Origin: Lingula anatina
Taxonomy: Eukaryota > Animalia > Brachiopoda
Length of the DNA stretch: 64,000 nt
Reading direction: 5' to 3'
NCBI GenBank assembly: GCA_051362555.1
Contig: CM120641.1
Coordinates: forward strand, 558,001-622,000
The translations under genes and the position numbers were made by a program. The notes beneath the pieces were generated by a model, which saw only the letters and a list, made by a program, of their open reading frames with translations, was not told the DNA's origin and did not search any database. This document shows positions 36,901-47,000 of this stretch, in pieces; within the stretch, counting starts at the first letter, position 1; the number at the start of each line of letters is the position of its first letter.

Positions 36901-39900
36901 TTGGTCACATTCGGTGTTTCTGCTTTTTCATGTATCAGAAATAGCTTACTTTTTGGATCCCATTTGAATATATAATTTCCATTTCTATTGCAGCCAGACT
37001 AGACAACAAGCAAGCAAGACTACAGGCATTTTCATTATTTTCAAATTAATAATAAACATTTTGAATGCCCCCATTCTTGGTGTTCATTTTGTTTACTACC
37101 AGGAGGGGAGAAAAGTTCTTATTAATTAACCTGAAATATTTCAGAAGCATTTCATCTCACCTAACGCAATGCAGAAACTGGAGGCCTGGTGGTGACTCGT
37201 AGTACATCAAGTCCATGTGAAAGTCCAGGAAGGAACTGGAGTAGGCCACATTGATGGGTTCTGGGTTGGAGATCACATCAAACACCTAGTTGACAAATAA
37301 TATAATGTCAAAATTTGTACAACAAATAAATAATACTGTTCACATTTTGAATGCACTTCTGCTCTTTTATTGCTCACTTAATCCTGTTGGAGAAAAGAAC
37401 TATTGTGACAGTTTAAGACCATCTAGGCTAAAGAAAACAGACTTTAATCGAAAATTTGACAATTTTTTGATAATAAAAATATAAGTCTTAGATCCCATTT
37501 CCATAGACACAATTGGTCTGGGTAGATCCTTCAGGGACTCTCGCAAAGTGCAATCAGCTTAAGTGAATGACAAGCCTCTTCTTGTTTCCAATATACTGGT
37601 AACATCACACATTTATTCCGCATAAACGTCAGGAGGAGGCGTGTTAATCTGTTAAACTGATTGCAATCAGCAAGATTCCCTGTAGACTTGGAAGTTCAAC
37701 TATTCCTACCTCCTCATATATAGTCTGCTGAAGTGGAAATATTTTCTCAGCCACCTATAATATATAAAAAATGAATCACTGTATTTCTTGCTATATCAAT
37801 ATTCAATATCAATTTCAAATTTAAGTTGCAAGTATTTTTTTTTATTTATTTATTTTTTTTTGTCAATTTTGGTCCTGACATCAGTTCTCAACCTTAACTA
37901 TATTTTGTGGTGAACTTTTATCATTGCACCTATTACAAAAAGTTTATATCTTAGCAGCTCAACAGTAACACGGTGTGTATAGTAAACTGGCTCATAGCTC
38001 CCATTCACATATCAGTGATGAAATTCCATGGCCACTTTTCCAGCTACTTGTCTTACATTTTTGCATTTTAATGTCAGTAAAGAGCATTTAGTTGCTATCT
38101 CTTTAAAAAATCACCAATCAATATATTTATACTGGATGGTCATTATATACAATTACTATCTGATCAAATGGATAGAAAGCGCCATCATAAATACCCATTT
38201 TCAGGTTTACCAAAGTTTAAATAAAGCAGACTTGTATGTCATTCAAGGTCATGGACTTATATCAAAATGACCCCTTTATTTCCTGATTAAAGTAGAAAGA
38301 TAAACGAGAGAAGTAGAACGGACCACAGATAAGGTCGATATGATCAAAACTTTCTTTGGCTGACCCACTAAGCAACCAACCACAATAAGCTGATTGTGAA
38401 TTATTACATGTGCTATTTTTGGAAAATATCTCAACAATTTACCAAAACAGTAGTAATGCCTTCACAACTTTTTTAAGCCTGTGTCTCTTTTTATTATATA
38501 AACAACTTAATTTGATTGAAAAGTTTGCCAGGTCAATTTATCTTTATGTAACAAGGGTAGCTATATAAAATAAAATCCAAAATTACTTAATTTTGACAAT
38601 GGAAATTCATTGACCTAAAATATTACACAACTACTCTGCAACAAGAATAATTTCTGAAATATTTGTCCTTCTGTATACTTCATTATATTACTGAAGTAAT
38701 CCTTTTAGCTTTAGTAATGATAATTCTAGTCACACTGATAAAGAATGTTCACACATGCTATCTTCCTGTGGCTTGCTTGTGAAAGTCTGATTATAATGAA
38801 TGAACACCATTCAGTAAGACACTGACATTTAACAAATTGGATCAAAACATGGCATATCCTTTAAGAAAGGCAATGTGTTACAGTTGATGTCTGCCCTTGC
38901 CCTGTATTTTGACTCTAAAGATATATCTTACAAAGGTTTAATGTGAAACAGTGAAAGCTGGTTACCCCCCTCCCCTCAATTAACCTTAGAGGGGTTTAAC
39001 AAGAGAAGGGGGAGGGAGATGTAACAGTGAATAATTTAACAATTAGCTCCAGTGCTATGATTTCAAGATGTTAAAACTACAGATGCAAAATGATATTGTT
39101 CAAAAGGTTTGTCAAAGTACAGTTTGGGCTATAATGTCACTGGGTAGGAATAAACTGTCTACTACTGACTTCATTATTAAAATTCAAGCATGCCTTCTTT
39201 GCTATAGAAGCTATTGCTATTGCTAGCTAATCTTAGTCTTGATATCTGTTCTGGCTATTCTGATAGAAGGTTATAAACCACACATTCATATTTAACATTG
39301 TATATGTAATTAAAACTAAGGTGTATATGCCGTGGGAGTTCCTAGTATTCTACCCACATGGAAAGGATAAAAGGATGATACTTTCTACCCACACTACCCC
39401 GACAGGAATGTACATTTCCTGCAAAACATGATCACTCACGACAGTCACTGCCAAAGCAGGATATCTGTGGCCTGCAAGTCCTTCATCAAATGAATATAAA
39501 CACAACATTTACACATTATAAAATTATTTAAGTTAAATTTAAAACTGCACCTTCCGGTAATGACGCAGTCCTTGAAGGTAATATATTAATAAAAGACGTA
39601 AATACAAGGAATGACGTAAATTTACTACGCACAAATATAACGACAAATCTCATCTATATACAGTAATTTGCGGGCTGCCAATAAAGTACACACAGGCTCA
39701 ATAAAAACAGAATGGACGTAAAGTTACTGTGGGTGTCAACCTTAATGTAGAAAGATGAAATATTTGCTGAGTACTGCAAAACAGACCAAGATTCTAGTAA
39801 GTGGCTTGTAGTGTATTTTATTTAAAGTGAAAAAAATATATGGATTTTTTTTATTTCTATTACTATTTCTAATAACTTGTAATCAAATTTCTGATATATA

Positions 39901-40052
39901 TTTTGTACATATATATTAACTGAATAATTGTTATTATTATTATTAGTAGTAGTAGTAGTAGATATAATTACAATCAATACTGACTAATGACCATTCAAAC
40001 TTAAGGACATCTGAAACTGTGAATGGTTTGAAAAAATAGGAGGAATGACAAA

Positions 40053-40124
<72 letters not shown>

Positions 40125-40934
40125 TCCAATGTTATTTTTCTAAAAATTTTTTTTTACAATCTGTCATTTGCTTTATTTTTGCTTTGAAATCAATCTAAAA
40201 CAAATATTATACTGGTAAAAATGTTAATTGAACAAATGAACTCATCCAAAGTAATTAACTCTTTGTACAATATACTTAATACAATATACAAATATGGCGA
40301 CCCACTACAAAGCTTGCCGTCTAGTACGCTAATAGACACTGAATAGATATCCCGTGGGGAAGTTTTCAAGAGGGTCGGCCATATTTGACCCTCAGACTAG
40401 TTAGTCCACTGTTCTGAATGCGGCCATATAGAGATGTCTATTTTATGTGTGTATGATTACAAAAGAAAAGATTTATTCTCAAACAAGACAAGGAGAGAGA
40501 GACACATGGGGGAAAACATTCTTCCTTATAAGCATTGTCTAGCTTGTTTGAAGCAGTTAGGGTTTGTTCACATGAAAAATCTATTTTCTAAAAATCTACT
40601 GCGCATGCATCAAGGTCTCAGAATCTCCTCCGAGCGCGGCCGAGAATTAATTACAGCTTTGGAAGTAACTGGCTCGCGCTGCCAGTAATTACGCCGTGGG
40701 GTATTCAGGGCACAGACAGTGATCACAAGATACCGCCAATAGATTTTTAGATTTTTAGAAAATAGATTTTTCATGTGAACGAACCCTTACTTCAGGCCTT
40801 TAAATGTCATTACCTGCTTCACAGTTCCTAACTGTGTGGGTACCTCCTTGACCAGACATATGCCTTCATCTACCAGGGCTGATAACCATCTGTGGAAGGA
40901 AATACATCTTAATATGTAGTTACAGACACTTTCT

Positions 40935-41020
<86 letters not shown>

Positions 41021-41337
41021 TTTGTCATTCCTCATATATATAATTTACAAAAATACATACCAATAATATAGAAATATATACTCAAAGCTCCTTCAAGTTC
41101 ATGTAATGCATATGAGAGTACAATTAAACATACCTAAAATCAAATTTTTCAAATTACAAAACCACAGATTTTAATCCAAGCAAAAGAATAAGAAAAATTA
41201 CAAAACCAAAGAGATTGAAAAAAGATTTACCTCAACAACCCTCTGTCATTAGCATTGACTTCATCATAGGTGACCTCTGGAATTTTATCCTACTGAAAAT
41301 AATCAACTTGCTTAATATCAAAAATGTGCATATTTAG

Positions 41338-41378
<41 letters not shown>

Positions 41379-44300
41379 AGAGTATGTATGCAAATGCACT
41401 ACCCATCAGTACCATCTAGTTCATTATAGTATTAAATAGACTAACTTATAGGATAAACATATTATTCATGAAAGTTTGAAAATATTAACTCTGAATATAA
41501 TCACTGCAATCACTTGGAAAATTTGGGAGGAAGGGGAGGGCTTGGTACTCAAACCTACAAATAAATTCCCCCCACTTTCTGCAGTGACATCTAGTGGAGT
41601 ATGTCATGACTAAGATCACGTGAAAAGCCCAAAAGCTTCATGGACTTTCAGTATGATTAAACAATGTAAATTTCATGAATAATTAATGCCATGAAATTGA
41701 ATTGAAAACATTGTCAAATCAAATTCTAAATAGAATTTGCCTTTTCTGCCTCACAGCAATTAAGAATCTTCCAGCTCCAACTCTTACCCATTTCCTGGAT
41801 GTTTTCGCTGACTGAGCTCTCTGTTCTATTGCCTCCTTGGAATAGCTGTTTTCTCTCAACATTTTCAGGGGAATTCTGCCGGTGTGATCTGGATCCTCAT
41901 TCCAAACCAGACATAAATCAGCACCTTAAAACAGTTCTGAGATGTAGTTGATAAAATTACTAGTATAAGCTGCTTTTAATATGTTCCACCCCTATTAATC
42001 AGCCAACCCAACCCTATCAATACCAACCAATCAATTATCAGGTATATTTTTGTCATATTTTTATTTAGTTACTCCTACTCAATCATTTCTGACATACATG
42101 TAATTTAAGGGTATATTTTCTAATACCATATCATGTTACAAAGAAAAAGAAAAATTCAATTATTAGTGGAGAAGAAATATTGCTATCTAACCTTATTTTT
42201 CAAAACTTTCATTTGTAAGTGTAATAAAACCATTCTACAGTTGTTCAGACATGCTGAAAACTTTTCAGAATGGCCGGACATTTGGACCGGCAGTAATGAA
42301 AAATTTGCCGGGCCGAATGGATTTTTGTCAGACCGAAAATCACTCTATTCGTTTGAGACAGATACTACCAGTACGATTAGGGTAGCTTACTTATTTTGTG
42401 AATGTGATAGGTTTGAAACGGAAGGGAAAAACGCTTTGGGTTTTATATAATTTTATTAGTGACGTATGTCGAATGATGACTGTAAATTCAAAATTGTGGC
42501 TCTTAAAACTCTTGTCGGTCCTTTGGACCGACCAAGTCAAATTTTTTACCGGTCCAGACAAATTTTACTGGTCATGACCGATTGGACCGACAGTTTCAGC
42601 ATGTCTGGTTGTTCTGAGATTTGGAACACACAATGCATAGACCTAGCTGTCGCTATGAGGTTAATTTCACATCATGTGATCCAGGAAACCAGGTCATGTG
42701 AGCAATGAAACTAATAAAAGTCATTGACCTGATATAAGAAACCGTTAGTAACCTTACAAAGCGCACTCGTAATGAGAGTGACGGAAGGCTGCATCTCAGA
42801 TTTATTAGATTCGATTCATTAACCAATCAAGGTGACAACAGTACTAACTCCTAACCACATGACTTGTTTGCCAGACATATAAGTGAAGACAGGTTATGAC
42901 ATGAGCATTTAGCACCTCTGCCATAAGCTGTGTGACTTACAACTCCCAGTTGCAAAATTATTGCTACCATCTGACCAAAAGACATAGTGGTCCAGCGACA
43001 ATTTTTGCGAAGAATTTAATACATCAGACACCTGACCTCTAGGAAAGAGTACAGTATATAATTCCCGTACCTTCTCTAGACACAGACTTGATGGTCACTA
43101 GGGCTGGCATGGACAGTGGATTGATGGTAATCTGACCACTATGAGGCTGTTTACACTGGTCACAGTGGCAGTTGTAACGCAACCAGGTTGAATTATACCT
43201 GGGAAGTTAAATAATATTACTAGGTCGAATTATATCTCTTAAGGTAAATAATATTACCAGGTTTAATATGATAATACCTGTGAATTAAATTATATTACTA
43301 GGTTGAATAATATTACGAATTTTAGAGAGATATGGTTGCATGTCAATGTTTAATATTTTGCATTTTAATTGATATCTACCTTCACAAACAAGTTACAACC
43401 AAGTACTGCAGTAAGAGATCTGTATTTGTTTGCTGGAGTATGCATCAAAATCTTGCATCATTTTTTCCCCCTTACCTGTCTTCTTTGCCATCTTTCCACT
43501 GCAGAGAAACTGGAGTATGATTTTGTCCATGTGATGAGGCAGAAAAGCAGTGCACAAGCACCCGGCCATACATAACTTGTATGAGAAAAGAAAACATCGA
43601 AAAATCTTGCATCATTTTTCCCCCCTTACCTGTCTTCTTTGCCATCTTTCCACTGCAGAGCAACTATTCTGGCGCTTGGTTCCACAGAGACACTGTCTAA
43701 TACTGTGTCCTTGGGGGCCGTCTGTTGTAATAAGAAGTGAAAATCATACAAATATTAACAGTATGTAATAGTGCAAGATCTTATCTTGACTTTATATAAC
43801 TGATAGAAGATGTGCTTTGAAAGTTACATATAAAGAATATAAATCATTTTGGAAAGTAGTGTAACTTTTAAAAATATTTCAACTGCGTTCTTCACATCCT
43901 TGATACATGTACATGTACGCTGAAAGACCAACATCAATTCAGTACTTTACAAATCCATATGAGTTTATGATAATATTCCAAAGAATTCCATATATTTCAA
44001 AGAATACTTACAGCTGTACAATATGCAGTTTTCTGTTGGCAATATTTCTCCCTGTATAAATTCATTTTTGTTGGATTTCTGAATAACACCTCTGTATTTA
44101 GAAGAAATGAAAAACAAAACATTATTTTAAAAAATAACTTACTGACGCCCTTGTCTGTAAATAACAGTCTCAATACAAGGTACTAATAAACTGATAACTA
44201 TTCAACACACAAGGCAGATTTTTTTTTTTTTTTTTGCTTGAAAAAATTAATCCACTCATAAGGTTATTGCACAAGGTAATACATTCAACCTTTTCAGACT

Positions 44301-44482
44301 GTCTACATGGCATGCAGTATATGTATGATCATTCATGTTTTACCTTCACACTACTTGACATATATACTTATATCTATGAACTTACCCTGAGCGACACCCC
44401 AGGATGCCGCAGCATTGGAGCACCTTGGCAATCTACAGAAGACATTTCTACAGACACAGAGAGCCAGTGCCTTGGACCCCAT
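33951..44482 (-). CDS. BBOX1: Gamma-butyrobetaine dioxygenase-like Fe(II)/2-oxoglutarate dioxygenase (TauD fold, N-terminal Zn domain)
   Basis: Phase-compatible exons 43630-43721, 43071-43198 (WLRYNCHCDQC), 41788-41924, 41231-41289, 40814-40889, 37710-37754, 37161-37285 (NVAYSSSFLDFHMDLMYYESPPGLQFLHC, H-x-D), 36602-36742 (GGESIFLD), 35905-35965, 35429-35482, 35179-35247, 34817-34921 (FNNRRVLHGR..RHLQ), 33951-34058 (GCY..GNHDFF*). First coding exon ends at 44386; start codon uncertain (44445 or 44482). Family is secure; orthology to BBOX1 is not. Confidence 0.88.
34180..34682 (-). mobile_element. Second copy of the HINE/pearl-like element, in the last intron of the dioxygenase gene
   Basis: Reverse complement starts ttttatatacagacacagatgtgtctg and carries about three approximately 175-bp units with caggtcaagtttgaaaatcagcctgatctgacc, matching 11092-11650. 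This explains the spurious 197-aa ORF. Confidence 0.65.
40040..40120. repeat. Compound (TG)n(AG)n microsatellite with unique leader
   Basis: gaggaatgacaaa(tg)n(ag)n; inverted partner at 40936-41033. Confidence 0.9.
40560..40786. mobile_element. PIF/Harbinger (Tourist-like) MITE, 227 bp
   Basis: About 39-bp TIR GGGTTTGTTCACATGAAAAATCTATTTTCTAAAAATCTA / TAGATTTTTAGAAAATAGATTTTTCATGTGAACGAACCC, TTA target duplication. Confidence 0.88.
40936..41033. repeat. Compound (CT)n(CA)n microsatellite with unique trailer
   Basis: (ct)n(ca)n-ttttgtcattcctc; reverse complement of 40040-40120. Confidence 0.9.
41340..41377. repeat. (GT)n microsatellite
   Basis: Direct reading of the sequence. Confidence 0.9.
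42246..42607. mobile_element. hAT-like MITE, 362 bp
   Basis: 14-bp TIR CAGACATGCTGAAA / TTTCAGCATGTCTG, subterminal ggaccg repeats, 6-bp flanking duplication GTTGTT. Confidence 0.8.
43447..43660 (-). repeat. 60-bp duplication of an exon end plus donor in the dioxygenase gene
   Basis: 43447-43506 is nearly identical to 43601-43660 and includes AG|GTAAGG. Confidence 0.9.
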
Positions 44483-45323
44483 TCTTCTGGAAACAAATAA
44501 TATTTGTACAATATATCAAGAACAAGTGGTAGTCTTCAGGAGAGGAATCGTGGCTGCCGTCTGCTGTCTGGTGAAGGCATTCACATCTTAACCTAGGTTA
44601 TCTGACCCAGACTACAGTCTATTTTTATTCATGACCAAATGCACCCCTCCAGTTTCAGGTTCAAAGAACGTTTGCAATGACCAACATATATGACATCTAT
44701 CATTGCTTCTTCCATAAAGGGAAAAATAGTTTGGCTTTTGCACACTAAATCTTCTTACAATTTTCTGAAGATGGCTTTAAAAATTAATGTTTGGATCCAC
44801 AAGAGGTAATTATCATCACTTTCTTCTTAAACTGACCCCCAAGGATGGATCTGTCTGATTTCGGTGATTTCACAGTTCAAAGGTTCAAGGGTCCAAAGGT
44901 TCATTTATCTAAAGTGTTTTTTTTTTTTTTTTTCAATCCATGGGATTGCAGATATAATTATTCACTGATCGAAAACCTCGACTATATTGCTCAGGGGTTC
45001 ACTGTTCTGTATAGTATTAATATAATAGCAATTGTTATCAGCAAAACTAGATCTTTCTCTGCACTTTTTTAACAATTAAATTAATGTATTAAAAGTAACT
45101 GTTTTTGGTTAAAGCTTTATGGCCAATGGACAACAATCAAGACAGCGCAAAGTCTAGCAAATTAGGCTGTGTTCAGAATAGAAGTAATATTGTACTAGCA
45201 GGATTGATATATCTTAGCAGGGATTATCACCAAGGCGCAGTCGATGTTATCAGCTTAATTATCTGATACACCCCCTCATAAAAAGTCCTTGGGTAAAGTT
45301 AGGAAAACTTTGTGGTCAATGAT

Positions 45324-45484
45324 CAGGGGCAGATCCAGGATTGTTTGAAGGGGAAGGTCCGCGGTTACCAAGCCGCCGCCGACCCCTGCCCCCACTTGGC
45401 GTGGGGTTTGGGGCCGGCTGAAGGGCCGAAAATTTTTGGTATTTCAGGACCCCCCCCTGACTCCAACCTCTAAATCCACCACTG
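45324..45484. mobile_element. hAT-like MITE
   Basis: CAGGGGCAGATCCAGG...AAATCCACCACTG termini, GC-rich interior; TSD not clean. Confidence 0.6.
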
Positions 45485-45810
45485 ATCGAATGATGTTGTG
45501 CATGTTGCTTTGATGTCATAACTCATATGGCAGACAGCTAATGTGGATATTTCCTGATGGAAATTTTTGAAGGCCCATTTTCATATAGGTGTGATGGTGA
45601 ACTACTCAAGTCTTGGTTAAAATATTTTAAGGCTGAAGGGTCTAGTTCTGATGAATTGCAGTCTAAAGGATAAAAGTACCAATGTTTTGAGTGTTACTTA
45701 AGTATTACTTTCTCAGTCAAAATTACTGGTGCATTAAGTTGCAGAGATCGCTTAAAAGTGAAAACATGGCCCGCTTATAGCTGAATCTTGTCCTTATTTT
45801 ACTCCTGTAT

Positions 45811-45977
45811 CAGGGGCGGATTGAGACCGTCTTCTGGGTCGTCCGGAAGATGGTCAGAGTTTAAAGTTTACATTGACGGGTATCTTTTTTTTTTCTGTCT
45901 GAAGACGGTCAAAAATGGAGGATGGATCAACAAATATAATTTGGAAGACTGTCAGAAATAAATCTAATCTGCCCCTG
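45811..45977. mobile_element. hAT-like MITE, 167 bp
   Basis: TIR CAGGGGCGGATT / AATCTGCCCCTG, internal gaagacggtc repeats, 6-bp duplication CTGTAT. Confidence 0.78.
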
Positions 45978-46797
45978 CTGTATGACAATATAATACCAAA
46001 CAATAGAGTTTATTTCATGTTGGAAAGTTTATCCTAGAATGTACCTTAACTGCTACCCAACAACCAAAACATGTAACAGGTACGTAATCAACTTTCAGAC
46101 CAATGAACCTTTGCTTCTCTCTCAAACCCCCACCCTCACTTTTAAGTTTTGCCTACATGTACATAGTGCCAAAAGACAAACGGGAGAAATGTTGGAACGT
46201 ATGCCAGCCAGTGAAATGTCGGCCTACTACATGTATTTGTATGTCATCTCAGTGTGTCCATATGTTCCTGTGGGCCTCCCTCCTTATTATACAGTCAATA
46301 TTGATACCTGGACAACCTTCACTGATCCATGCTACCTTCACCAGCCCATGTGTAAGTTAACTGATGAAGTTACCTGTTTTAACACATGACTGACCACAGC
46401 ACGTGTTGCATAATGGCTGTCTAGACGGCTGATAAGGTCCGAGATCCACTGATACGGTGCGGTGACCGAGGTCAACTAGTAAAGGGCCTCCATGATATTC
46501 TACAGCCAGACATGGAAACTTTTTATAGTTGACATTGATGCGCCATTTTCTCTTTATTACAAATGTTTTATAATTCAAATAAATCGATGGTTATCGATCT
46601 CAATATGGTGTCGAAACGAGGCTTCGTTGTTTCACGAGTCCAGAGAAATGCAGAAAAACAGATAGATCTACAAGAAGAATATAGTCTTGATAAATATTTT
46701 AACGTTACTCATACATCTTTCTTCTCCTCATTGTATTGCTAACTGGGCAGTTACCTTGGTGTTTTGACAACAGCACATTCAAACGCCGATCACTTAC

Positions 46798-47000
46798 CTG
46801 AGACACAATTAATTACCAATGATGACCGGTAAGGTTATTTCTAGCAGCTAGCTTTCCATGGCTTGTTTACGTAGAATGCGATAGTTGAGACAAAGTTGAG
46901 ACAGTCGCAATGCAATCGATTCTATCCACCGTAAATATCCCAGCAGTACTAACACGTGCTCCTCGTAAATTTTGTGCATGACCGTCATTGCTCTTATTGT
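46798..47000 (-). promoter_or_regulatory. Probable non-coding first exon and promoter of the dioxygenase gene
   Basis: Consensus donor CAG|GTAAGT on the minus strand at 46792-46800, where CpG density rises sharply. Confidence 0.4.
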
